Source of the DNA: Phycisphaera mikurensis NBRC 102666
GTDB taxonomy: Bacteria > Planctomycetota > Phycisphaerae > Phycisphaerales > Phycisphaeraceae
Assembly (NCBI RefSeq): GCF_000284115.1
Contig: NC_017081.1
Coordinates: forward strand, 49,158-81,157
Length of the DNA stretch: 32,000 nucleotides
Direction: 5' to 3'
Shown here: positions 1 to 8,547 of the stretch, one piece after another
Position numbering within the stretch: the first letter of the stretch is position 1
How the letters are laid out: the number at the start of each line of letters is the position of its first letter
Position numbers and translations under genes: made by a program
Notes under the pieces: generated by a model
What the model was told of the DNA's origin: nothing
The model's input: the letters and a program-made list of their open reading frames with translations, nothing else
Databases searched by the model: none

Positions 1-123
1 ACCGGCCCGGCCGCAAGCACGAGCTGGAGCCGGCGGTGTGACGCCGCACCCCTGCCGCGCACGCGGCTGCCTGAGTGCGTCTCAACGCGCTCGTTGATCT
101 TGAACCCACATGAAAGGAACCTG

Positions 124-354
124 ATGAAGCTTTTTCTCACCACCGCCCTGACGCTCGGCCTCTTCGCCCTCACCGGCTGCGGCGAGACCCCCGCCACCGC
201 CCCGGACCCGCTCGCGGGCGAGGCGCCGGCCATCGACCTCCACGCGGAGGGCGACGGGCACGGCCACGGCAGCGATGAACACGACCACGAGGGCGACGCT
301 CACGGCCACGGCGAGGAGGCTGCGGGCGACGACCACTCCGACCACGAGCACTGA
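124..354 (+). CDS. small histidine-rich lipoprotein, possible periplasmic metal-binding protein
   Basis: Starts at ATG 124 inside ORF 94..354: MKLFLTTALTLGLFALTGCGE (lipobox LTGC), then a His/Asp/Glu-rich tail HGHGSDEHDHEGDAHGHGEE...DDHSDHEH. Located immediately upstream of metal transporter genes. Confidence 0.7.
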   Translation: MKLFLTTALTLGLFALTGCGETPATAPDPLAGEAPAIDLHAEGDGHGHGSDEHDHEGDAHGHGEEAAGDDHSDHEH

Positions 355-478
355 TCCGTGCCGCGCGTCCCGCCGCCCACGCGCCGCCCCGGGTGGGCGT
401 CCGCGGCGGTCACCACCGGATTCGACCGCCGGGAGCGCCCGGCGGGTCCGGCTTCCACGCCTCGAACGAGACCCCACG

Positions 479-1177
479 ATGCCTGACGACCCAACCGATG
501 CCCCCGACCCCGATCGGCAGAAGCTGCTGCGCCGCGGACGCTGGACCGAGGTGGCGAGCCTCGTCTACAACCTCACCGAGGTCGTGGTCTCCGTGACCGC
601 TGGCCTGCTCGCCGGCAGCTCCGCGCTCATCAGCTGGGGCCTGGACAGCGCCGTCGAGTCGGTCTCGGCGGGCACACTGATTTGGCGGCTCACCGGCGAG
701 ATCGATGGGATCGGCCCGCGCCGGGTCGCCCACCGCAAGAAGGTGGCCCTCACCGTGCTGGCGGTCGCCTTCGCGGTCGCGGTCGCGTTCATCCTCTACG
801 AGGCCGCCTCGAAGCTGATCTCGCAGGAGCCGCCGGGCTTCTCGGGCTGGGGCATCGGCATCCTCGTGCTCTCGCTGGTCGTCAACCCCTTCCTGGCGTG
901 GGGCAAGCACCACTACGGGAAGAAGCTCGACGCCAAGGCGCTCCGCTACGACGCCATCGACACGCTGATCTGCCAGTACCAGACGATCGTCGCGTTGACG
1001 GGCCTGGGCCTCTCGCTGGGGCTGGGCTGGTGGTGGGCCGACCCGGTGGCCGCGCTGCTCATCGTCCCCTACGTCGCGTGGGAGGGCTTCGAGGCCGCCC
1101 GTGACGCCCTGAAGGTTGACCCCGAGCAGGAGGCCAACGACCACCCGAACCCGCAGGAAAGCAACCAAGGCTCATGA
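479..1177 (+). CDS. cation diffusion facilitator (CDF)-like transporter
   Basis: ATG 479 inside ORF 275..1177. Multi-TM protein VASLVYNLTEVVVSVTAGLLAGSSALISWGLDSAVESVSAGTLIWRL..., typical of the first CDF helices (N/D residues in TM2). Stop overlaps the next ATG (ATGA). Confidence 0.75.
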   Translation: MPDDPTDAPDPDRQKLLRRGRWTEVASLVYNLTEVVVSVTAGLLAGSSALISWGLDSAVESVSAGTLIWRLTGEIDGIGPRRVAHRKKVALTVLAVAFAVAVAFILYEAASKLISQEPPGFSGWGIGILVLSLVVNPFLAWGKHHYGKKLDAKALRYDAIDTLICQYQTIVALTGLGLSLGLGWWWADPVAALLIVPYVAWEGFEAARDALKVDPEQEANDHPNPQESNQGS

Positions 1178-3198
1178 AGAATCCACCCCCCGATGCAGAC
1201 CCTCACGCCGACCGCGATCACGGCGAAGGCGGGGGCGAGGACGGGCACGACCACAGCCACGGCACCTTCCTCGGCTTCAACCTGGAGCTGGTCTTCGCCG
1301 TGGCGTGCGGGCTGTGCGTCCTGGTGGGCTGGCTGCTCGGGGCGCTGACGCCGGTGCCCGAGGCGGTCCCGGTGACGCTCTTCGTCCTCGGGTACTTCTT
1401 CGGCGGCTTCTTCACGGTCGCCGAGGCGTTCACGAAGATCCGCCAGGGCCAGTTCGAGATCGACTTCCTGATGCTCGTCGCCGCGGCGGGGGCCGCGGCC
1501 CTCGGGGAGTTCTTCGAGGGGGCGCTGCTGCTGTTCCTCTTCAGCATCGGCCACGCGCTGGAGAACTACGCGATGGGCCGGGCCCGCCGGGCGATCGAGG
1601 CCCTCGCGGACCTGGCCCCCGCCACCGCCCGCGTCCGGCGGGGGGCCGAGACGGTGGAGGTGCCGGTCGAGGAACTCGAAGTCGGCGACACCGTGGTCGT
1701 CCGGCCCGACGAGCGGGTGCCCGCCGACGGCTTCGTCACCGCCGGCGAGAGCGCCATCGACCAGGCGCCGATCACCGGCGAGAGCGTGCCGGTGGACAAG
1801 CGGCCGGTGGCGGACCCCGACGCCGTGGACGACCCCGAGGCGCTGGACAAGGAGCACCGCGTCTTCGCGGGGACCATCAACGGCAGCGGGGCGCTGGACG
1901 TGCGGGTGACCAAGCGGGCGTCGGAGAACACGCTGGCCCGCGTGGTCGAGCTGGTGGCGAGCGCCGAGGGCGGCAAGTCCGCCACGCAGCGCTTCACCGA
2001 CCGCTTCCAGCGGGTCTTCGTGCCCGCGGTGCTGCTCTTCGTGCTGCTGCTGCTCTTCGCCCCGCTGGTGCTCGATGAACCTTTCTCCGAGAGCTTCTAC
2101 CGGGCCATGGCGGTGCTGGTCGCGGCCAGCCCGTGCGCGCTGGCGATCGCCACGCCCAGCGCCGTGCTCAGCGGCGTCGCCCGGGCCGGCCGCGGCGGCG
2201 TGCTCGTCAAGGGCGGGGCTCCGCTGGAGGACCTGGGCTCGCTCACCGCCATCGCATTCGACAAGACCGGCACGCTCACCAAGGGCGAGCCCCGGCTCAC
2301 CGACGTGCGGGCCGCGGAGGGCGTCGAGGAAACCGAGCTGCTCCGCGTCGCCGCGGCGGTGGAGGCGCTCAGCGAGCACCCGCTGGCGCGGGCGGTCGTG
2401 CGGGACGCCGGTGAGCGGCTGGGCGACGCCGAGGTTCCCGAAGCAAGCGACCTGCAGAGCATCACCGGACGCGGCGTCCGGGCCCGGGTGGAGGGCGAGG
2501 ACGTGTTCATCGGCAAGGACGACCTCTTCGACGAGGTGCCCGGCGAGCCGCTGCCGTCGTCGATCCGCGGCGTGGTCGAGGGCCTCGAAGCCAACGGCCG
2601 CACCACGATGATCGTCCGCCGGGGCGACCGCTGGCTCGGCGTGATCGGCCTCATGGACACGCCCCGCGAGGATGCCAAGGCCGTCATCGCGAAGCTCCAC
2701 GAGATGGGCATCCGCCGGGCGGTGATGATCTCCGGCGACAACCAGAAGGTGGCGGAGGCGGTGGGGCGGGCGGTCGGGCTTGACGACGCCGTCGGCGACC
2801 TCATGCCCGAGGACAAGGTCGCCACCATCGAGCGGCTGCTCGAGGAGGAAGGCAAGGTCGCGATGGTCGGCGACGGCGTGAACGACGCCCCCGCGCTGGC
2901 GACGGCGACGGTGGGCATCGCCATGGGCGCCGCCGGCTCGGACGTGGCGCTCGAAACCGCCGACGTCGCGCTCATGGCCGATGACCTCACGCACCTGCCC
3001 TTCGCGGTCGGCCTCTCGCGGCAGAGCCGCTCCATCATCCGCCAGAACCTGTGGATGAGCCTGGGCATGGTCGCCTTCCTCGTGCCCGCGACCGTCTTCG
3101 GCCTGGGCATCGGCCCGGCCGTCGCGCTGCACGAGGGCTCCACCCTGGTGGTGGTCGGCAACGCGCTCCGCCTGCTCACGTACCGGAGAGAGCGGTGA
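1174..3198 (+). CDS. heavy-metal translocating P-type ATPase (P1B-4-like)
   Basis: DKTGTLTKGEP phosphorylation motif, TGES (ITGESVPVDK), MVGDGVNDAPAL hinge, SPC metal motif (VAASPCALAIATPS) and HEGSTLVVVGNALRLL. His-rich N-terminus (HADRDHGEGGGEDGHDHSHG). ATGA overlap with the upstream CDF-like gene. Confidence 0.93.
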   Translation: MKNPPPDADPHADRDHGEGGGEDGHDHSHGTFLGFNLELVFAVACGLCVLVGWLLGALTPVPEAVPVTLFVLGYFFGGFFTVAEAFTKIRQGQFEIDFLMLVAAAGAAALGEFFEGALLLFLFSIGHALENYAMGRARRAIEALADLAPATARVRRGAETVEVPVEELEVGDTVVVRPDERVPADGFVTAGESAIDQAPITGESVPVDKRPVADPDAVDDPEALDKEHRVFAGTINGSGALDVRVTKRASENTLARVVELVASAEGGKSATQRFTDRFQRVFVPAVLLFVLLLLFAPLVLDEPFSESFYRAMAVLVAASPCALAIATPSAVLSGVARAGRGGVLVKGGAPLEDLGSLTAIAFDKTGTLTKGEPRLTDVRAAEGVEETELLRVAAAVEALSEHPLARAVVRDAGERLGDAEVPEASDLQSITGRGVRARVEGEDVFIGKDDLFDEVPGEPLPSSIRGVVEGLEANGRTTMIVRRGDRWLGVIGLMDTPREDAKAVIAKLHEMGIRRAVMISGDNQKVAEAVGRAVGLDDAVGDLMPEDKVATIERLLEEEGKVAMVGDGVNDAPALATATVGIAMGAAGSDVALETADVALMADDLTHLPFAVGLSRQSRSIIRQNLWMSLGMVAFLVPATVFGLGIGPAVALHEGSTLVVVGNALRLLTYRRER

Positions 3199-3215
3199 TT
3201 ACAGGAGGCCGGCGG

Positions 3216-4256
3216 GTGCTTTGTCTGTTGGCCCTCCTGCTGCCGGCCGCGGGTGCGGCCGGTGCAGATCCAGCGCTCGGGTCCGGTGGCGAGGACGGCT
3301 CGACCCGCTACCGATTCCAAGTGCTCTTCGACAACGACGGCGCCTTCGTCAAGCCCAATGAGTTGGAGGACCGGCACTACACCAACGGGGCGGCCCTGGC
3401 CCTGTCGGTGCAGAACGACGGCATCGAGCGCTTCGTGCGTGGCCTGGGCCTCCCGGTCGATGGCGCAGCCGCGGGCTTCATCTTCGCGCAGGAGATGTAC
3501 GCGCCCGAGGACCTCTGGCGGGTTCGACCGGATCCCGACGACCAGCCCTACGCCGGCTACCTCTACGGCAGGCTGTTCCTTCAGCGGGAGCGGGACGGCT
3601 GGCTCGATCACCTCCAGCTGGACCTGGGGGTGGTCGGCCCGTCCTCGCTCGCCGAGCAGACGCAGGGCTTCGTCCACCGGAACATCTCCGGCGACGAGCC
3701 CTTCGGCTGGGACAGCCAGCTCGGCGACGAGCTGGCCGCGAACCTGACGCTGCGGCGGAGCGTGCGGCTCGACGTGCTGGGGGCGTCGGGCCGCGGCTCG
3801 GTCGGCAGCGACCGCGCGGGCCTCGGCGTGGAGCTGATCCCCTACGGCGAGGTGCGGGTCGGCACGGTCCACCGCGACGCCACGCTCGGAGGGCTGGTCC
3901 GGATCGGTTGGAACCTGCCCGACGACTTCGGTCCCGCTCACGTGCGAGACCCCGGCTCGTTCACAGGGCGACCGCCGCGGCGCGGGTGGAGCGTCTACGG
4001 CTACGCCGGCGCGGCCGCCCGGTACGTGCAGTGGAACACCTTCCTCGACGGCAACTACGCGCGGGACCCGAGCCCCTCGGTCACGCCCGAGCCCCTCGTG
4101 GGCATCTTCCGCGGCGGCTTCGCGGTCGCCCACACCGGCGAACGCCTCCGGCTCGAACTCACCTATGGCCAGCAATTCTTCACGCACGAGTTAAAGGGGC
4201 AGGAGGACGCTGACGGCATCGGCCGCCTCGGCTTGAGCCTCGGCTGGGGGTTCTGA
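3216..4256 (+). CDS. LpxR-family (lipid A 3'-O-deacylase-like, DUF2219) outer-membrane protein
   Basis: GTG 3216 is preceded by AGGAGG (3203-3208). Signal peptide VLCLLALLLPAAGAAGA, then FQVLFDNDGAF...DRHYTNGAALALSVQ... and AQEMYAPEDL...PDDQPYAGYLYGRLF, characteristic of LpxR-like barrels. Confidence 0.7.
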   Translation: MLCLLALLLPAAGAAGADPALGSGGEDGSTRYRFQVLFDNDGAFVKPNELEDRHYTNGAALALSVQNDGIERFVRGLGLPVDGAAAGFIFAQEMYAPEDLWRVRPDPDDQPYAGYLYGRLFLQRERDGWLDHLQLDLGVVGPSSLAEQTQGFVHRNISGDEPFGWDSQLGDELAANLTLRRSVRLDVLGASGRGSVGSDRAGLGVELIPYGEVRVGTVHRDATLGGLVRIGWNLPDDFGPAHVRDPGSFTGRPPRRGWSVYGYAGAAARYVQWNTFLDGNYARDPSPSVTPEPLVGIFRGGFAVAHTGERLRLELTYGQQFFTHELKGQEDADGIGRLGLSLGWGF

Positions 4257-4286
4257 AGCCGACGAGGCACACCGAGGAGGAGGATC

Positions 4287-4781
4287 TCACGAGCCGCGGT
4301 GGGGCCGCTTCCGCTCCCGGTCCCACTCCCGCTGCAGCCCTTCCCGCCACGCCCGCGCTTCCTTCAGCGCTGCCTCCGGCTCAGTACGCCGGACCACGCC
4401 CTTGCCCCGACTCGCGAACCAGCGCCGTGGAGTGGCTCGATGTTCCCGCTGGTTGTGCTCCAGGACCGCGAGCACCGCATCGGCGATCTTCTCCCGCCCG
4501 GCCCGTCCAAAGCAGAGCGGCGCCGTTTCGCCCGGCGGCGGGAAGTGCGGGTCCGACGCCGGCCGCAGGATCACGAGGTCCGTCCCGTGTGTCCGCGCAA
4601 CCACGATGAACGGCACCTCCTCGGGCAACCCCGCGAGGTCGTTCCGATCGTGCTCCAGGTCGCCGCGGTAGTGCTCCACCCACGGATCGCACAGGCGGTG
4701 CAGCTGCTCCGCCACGGTCGGGTTCCCGGCGGGGCGGGGGGAAGGGGAGAGGGAAATGGCAGGAGAATCAACGGGCATCAC
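4287..4781 (-). CDS. hypothetical protein
   Basis: 164-aa ORF with ordinary composition in the middle (EEVPFIVVARTHGTDLVILRPASDPHFPPPGETAPLCFGRAGREKIADAVLAVLEHN) and a basic C-terminus. No family recognised. Confidence 0.5.
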   Translation of the reverse strand: MMPVDSPAISLSPSPRPAGNPTVAEQLHRLCDPWVEHYRGDLEHDRNDLAGLPEEVPFIVVARTHGTDLVILRPASDPHFPPPGETAPLCFGRAGREKIADAVLAVLEHNQREHRATPRRWFASRGKGVVRRTEPEAALKEARAWREGLQREWDRERKRPHRGS

Positions 4782-4823
4782 AAAGACCTCAAGAGGCGCG
4801 GATGAAGGTCAGGGGCCGACACT

Positions 4824-4868
4824 GTTTTTCGGCCCTCCCTTCGCAAGAAGCAGGAAGGGCTGAAAAAC
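4824..4868. repeat. large imperfect inverted repeat / hairpin (17-bp arms, 11-nt loop)
   Basis: GTTTTTCGGCCCTCCCT (4824-4840) and AGGAAGGGCTGAAAAAC (4852-4868) pair over 17 positions with one G-U and one mismatch. Confidence 0.7.
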
Positions 4869-5191
4869 CAACAACACCCGCCCGCCGGCGGGGCGGCGCA
4901 GGCAGAGGGCGGGAACGGCATGCCGGAGGCGCAGCGGGGCCTCTGGCATCTGATCGCCCGGCCTCGGGCTGCTCTGCCGCCCGAGGCTCGGCGACCCCGA
5001 AGGGGCGGGTCAGATGACGAGCCCCCCGCGCAGCGACGGCGGGACGTTCCGGTCCGCAGCCGCAGCCGACGCGTCGGCGGGCGGAGCCAGCCGGCCCCCG
5101 GGGCCGGCGTTCCTTTCCCTCTTCGTCTCAAGTCCCGAAAGGGTCGTTCATGAGAGGGCCGATCGAGGAAGTTGGACCGGACCCTCAATCA

Positions 5192-6118
5192 ATGGCGAAG
5201 CAGAAGACCTCCAGCGGCGTCGGGCAGGCCGAGCTGGAGGTCGTGAAGCGGGCGACGCTCACGGCCTTGGTCACCGACGATGGCCTCACCGACCGCCTCG
5301 TCCTCAAGGGCGGCAGCGCTCTCGAGATGATCTACGGAGTGTCCGACCGGTCCTCGATCGACCTCGACTTCTCCATGAGCAACACCTTCGCCGCGGAGGA
5401 ACTCGGTCCTCTGCGAGACCGCATCGAGTCGCTTCTCTCGCGGAGCCTCGGCGAGATCGGTCTGCACGCCCTGGACGTGAAGCTGCAGCCGCGGCCGAAG
5501 AAGCTCACCGCCGACATCGCCGACTTCTGGGGCGGGCACGAGCTCTCCTTCAAGGTCATCTCCAAGCGGGTGGCCGAGTCCCACGCGGACCTCGACCAGC
5601 GACGGAACCGCGCCATCCAGGTCGGTGCCGGCGGCCGCGCCAGCTTCTCCGTCGACATCAGCTCCTTCGAGCACGTGGAGTCCAGGACCGAGCAGGAAGT
5701 CGATGGCTACACAGTGTTCGTCTACTCCCCCGCGATGATCGTGGCCGAGAAGCTGCGGGCGCTCTGCCAGCAGATGGTTGAATACGCCCCCGTGGTGAAG
5801 CGGGCCGGGCGGCCCGGGGCCCCGCGGGCCCGCGACTTCCTCGACATCTTCAGCGTCGTCGAGCAGTGCCGCGTCGACACGACGACGCCGGAGCACCTCG
5901 ACCTCGTGCAGCACACCTTCGCCGCCAAGAAGGTGCCCCTGCACCTCCTGCAGAAAATCCGTGCAACCGAGGACTTTCATCGGATCAGCTGGCCGAGCGT
6001 CCAAGACACGGTCCTCCCCAGCCACGACCTGCAGCCGTTCGAGACCTACTTCGCCTTCGTCGTGGAGCTGGCCCGCCAGCTGACAGCTGCGCTACCGGGC
6101 AGCGAGGATGGGGGCTGA
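5192..6118 (+). CDS. AbiEii/AbiGii-type nucleotidyltransferase toxin
   Basis: ATG 5192 (MAKQKTSSG...) inside ORF 5150..6118. Nucleotidyltransferase motif LVLKGGSALEMIYGVSDRSSIDLDFSMS and downstream VAEKLRALCQQ. Confidence 0.85.
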   Translation: MAKQKTSSGVGQAELEVVKRATLTALVTDDGLTDRLVLKGGSALEMIYGVSDRSSIDLDFSMSNTFAAEELGPLRDRIESLLSRSLGEIGLHALDVKLQPRPKKLTADIADFWGGHELSFKVISKRVAESHADLDQRRNRAIQVGAGGRASFSVDISSFEHVESRTEQEVDGYTVFVYSPAMIVAEKLRALCQQMVEYAPVVKRAGRPGAPRARDFLDIFSVVEQCRVDTTTPEHLDLVQHTFAAKKVPLHLLQKIRATEDFHRISWPSVQDTVLPSHDLQPFETYFAFVVELARQLTAALPGSEDGG

Positions 6119-6126
6119 CGCTCGAT

Positions 6127-7020
6127 TCAGAATCCAGCGGGAACGTGGAGCTTCCAGCGGGGGACGTACTCGGTCTTGCCCATCCGGTACCCGAGGTAAA
6201 AGTCGAACTCGAAGTCGAACTTTGACCTGAATCGTTCGATCAGCTCGGGCTTGAAGGCACCGCTCCGCTCCAGATAGAAGCCGATCGACTGGTGGTACGG
6301 GTAGCGGTAGCCGATCTTCTTGAGCAACGCCGCGAGGCGGTTGATGGAGACGCCGGGCTCAAGAGCCCCGGCAAGCTCGTACGCCTTGAGCACCTCCCCA
6401 ACGCCGCCGCAGTAGTCCGCCCGCACCGTTGCGTCGATCAAGGCCCGCTCGGCCCCCGCCACCGGCAGCTCGACCGCCCGTCCCTCGAGATCGAAAGACC
6501 GCGTCTCGACACCGGCGTTGCCGGTGTTCATCCCGTTGAGGATCACGATCGTGTTGCCCCCGTGTTCCACCCGATTGGTGGTGGTTCGCTGCTTCCCCGC
6601 GAACGCCCGGTCGATGGCCAGCTGCTCCATCTCGCCGCTCGGCGGTGGCTTTGGCGTCTGCTCGTCGTTCAGGTAGATCGTTTTGGGGTTCTGCTCGGTG
6701 AGCCCGTGCAGCACGAGGGCCGTGTAGTGACAGAAGTAACCCCGCGTCTTCAGGGTGGCCAGCACCGCCAGCAGCGGAACATCGCCCCACACGTACCGCG
6801 TCTCGGGGCGGAAGGGGAAGGCGAACTTGAGGATCCGCAGCTCACCATGCTGGCAGAGGTCCTTCACGAACTCCGACCGGCTCGTTCTGTGGGCGAGCTT
6901 CCAGCCCTCCCGCTGTTCATCGAAGACCTGAGAAAGCTCCTTCAGCCGGAAGACCTTCGTCCCCGACTCATCGAAGAAGCCCTTGATGCGGGGACGTGCG
7001 AGTTGAAGACGAGTGGCCAT
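6127..7020 (-). CDS. AbiEi-like antitoxin / transcriptional regulator
   Basis: ATG at 7018-7020 (MATRLQLARPRIKGFF...). Contains GYFCHYTALVLHGLTEQNPKTIYLN and VAGAERALIDATVRADYCGGVGEVLKAYELAG, typical of AbiEi-like antitoxins. The annotated upstream extension to 7164 runs through a palindrome and is unlikely to be translated. Confidence 0.75.
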   Translation of the reverse strand: MATRLQLARPRIKGFFDESGTKVFRLKELSQVFDEQREGWKLAHRTSRSEFVKDLCQHGELRILKFAFPFRPETRYVWGDVPLLAVLATLKTRGYFCHYTALVLHGLTEQNPKTIYLNDEQTPKPPPSGEMEQLAIDRAFAGKQRTTTNRVEHGGNTIVILNGMNTGNAGVETRSFDLEGRAVELPVAGAERALIDATVRADYCGGVGEVLKAYELAGALEPGVSINRLAALLKKIGYRYPYHQSIGFYLERSGAFKPELIERFRSKFDFEFDFYLGYRMGKTEYVPRWKLHVPAGF

Positions 7021-7036
7021 AAACAACACCGGATCA

Positions 7037-7070
7037 TGTGGTCGTGTCGTATATATACTGCACGACCACA
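7037..7070. promoter_or_regulatory. candidate AbiEi operator: perfect 10+10 bp inverted repeat around TATATATA
   Basis: TGTGGTCGTG (7037-7046), 14-nt spacer TCGTATATATACTG, CACGACCACA (7061-7070). Ends 17 nt upstream of the AbiEi start codon. Confidence 0.7.
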
Positions 7071-7263
7071 AGCTCTGGCACTTCACCTGCTGGATGGCTC
7101 TGAAATGGGTTAGAGAGACCTCCCGCTGGCTGATCTTTATCGCGTGCGGATGTAGTCTATACACTGCAACGCCGCATCTCCCTATGCCGCGGAAGCGAGC
7201 CGAGCATGCCCCCGTGAACCAACATTGCTCCAGCGGGTGCCAGAGGATGCGGCTTGCACAGCT

Positions 7264-8217
7264 TTACATCCATTCTGAATCAGTGGCGGGTGGGTGCGCG
7301 GATGACTCTCGGGCTTCGGGCTCCGGTGCGGGAGCAGGCGACTTGACAGCCTCGGGTGCCGGTGAACCCAGGAGATGGTCTACCGCCTCCAGTTCGGTGG
7401 CCTGGTTGGTCATCGTGGCAACCCCGGCCTCCACCACAAACCGGATGATCTCCACGTAGATGTAGTCCCGGAGCACGCCGGGGAAGCTCCGTGGGATTAG
7501 AAATCGACCTATCCGCGTGGCGGCCTCAACGGTAGCGTTCCAAGCGGTTCCTTCAGGCGGCCCCTTGCCCTCCCGCTCCATGTCCTCGTCCAAAGCTGCA
7601 ACCGCTTCAACGGCCGCTTCGACCTCATCGACCGTAGGGTCATCACCTGCGTCGGTCATCGGCATCTGGTCGAGCAAGGCGTTGATCGCTTCAACGCCCG
7701 CCTGATCCGCAAAGGCCCTCTTGAGCAGTGTGTCGACCGTTCCGGCCAGATTGTGGTGATCCAAGCGATCGACGAGTGGACGGGCGGACGCCACGAGTCG
7801 CGTGAGGTCGACAGATTCCTGGGCCCGGGCCATCCTTGAGATCGACTCGTCGATGCGGTCGAGGATGGCATCGGAGCGAAGGATTCCCTCCATCCGACGG
7901 CTCGCCTCCGCGATCCAGGCGGTCTGCTCCATGCCTCTCTGGAGCGTCTCGTCCAGTCGGGTTGCAAGTAGCTCCGTCGTGTTCGAGATCGTAGAGGCGT
8001 CGCGAAGCTGCTGAAACTGCTTCAGGTCGTCAGTCACTCGCGCAGCGAACATCGCGTCGGCGCCCGTGTACCAGCGGGTGGTGGAGGCGATGCGGTCGTG
8101 CAACTCCTTCATCCTCCGGGCGTCGTCGGCCAACCGTGCAATCACAGGACTGGAAGCGAGCTCGACGGCGAAGTGCCTGTCGGCGAACGCCTTATCGGCC
8201 GCCGCGGTTTCATACAT
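7264..8217 (-). CDS. hypothetical protein, helical
   Basis: ORF 7264..8361; more plausible start at ATG 8217 (MYETAAADKAFADRHFAVELASS...). Natural-looking composition with probable coiled-coil segments (RRMEGILRSDAILDRIDESISRMARAQESVDLTRLV). Start is uncertain; the track begins at a TTG at 8361. Confidence 0.6.
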   Translation of the reverse strand: MYETAAADKAFADRHFAVELASSPVIARLADDARRMKELHDRIASTTRWYTGADAMFAARVTDDLKQFQQLRDASTISNTTELLATRLDETLQRGMEQTAWIAEASRRMEGILRSDAILDRIDESISRMARAQESVDLTRLVASARPLVDRLDHHNLAGTVDTLLKRAFADQAGVEAINALLDQMPMTDAGDDPTVDEVEAAVEAVAALDEDMEREGKGPPEGTAWNATVEAATRIGRFLIPRSFPGVLRDYIYVEIIRFVVEAGVATMTNQATELEAVDHLLGSPAPEAVKSPAPAPEPEARESSAHPPATDSEWM

Positions 8218-8420
8218 CCGCGGGTCGAAGGAGGGGTTGAGGCTGTCGGTCACGCGGATCCTGGAGAGCTTGAATGATGGACGCAGTGACCATATGTCCC
8301 CACACCAACCAGAGAGGGCAACGACTCCCTTGGCTGACCGAGCCGTTACTGGACTGTTCAAACGTCCAGGCCGTTACACGCAGCACACAAACCCTTTTGT
8401 GGCAACACTTTACAAAGTCC

Positions 8421-8426
8421 TATAAT
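8421..8426 (+). promoter_or_regulatory. candidate -10 element TATAAT
   Basis: TATAAT 8421-8426 with TTGTGG at 8397-8402 (18-bp spacer), in a local AT-rich stretch upstream of ORF 8548..8841. Confidence 0.35.
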
Positions 8427-8547
8427 CTTAATTATGTATAGTCGTCAGGTTTTTGGACGGTAGGGCGGTCTCGCTACCTGCAGCCACAACGGGTGTGGCA
8501 CACCACCAAACCTAGCTCCCGCAAGCGGCACGAGGTAGAAGCTCACC

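Noticed and set aside
1069-4187. Very long minus-strand ORFs (1069..3132, 687 aa; 2097..4187, 696 aa) opposite the ATPase and LpxR-like genes
   Set aside because: Arg/Gly/Ala/His-rich or Ser/Thr/Arg/Pro-rich shadow translations typical of antisense frames in very high-GC coding DNA. The plus-strand frames carry unmistakable P-type ATPase motifs.
5189-6025. Minus-strand 278-aa ORF opposite the AbiEii-like toxin
   Set aside because: No recognisable motifs; the plus strand carries the nucleotidyltransferase signature.
7018-7164. N-terminal extension of the AbiEi-like ORF up to 7164
   Set aside because: Translation passes through the perfect palindrome 7037-7070 and gives non-conserved-looking sequence; ATG 7020 gives a typical AbiEi-like N-terminus.
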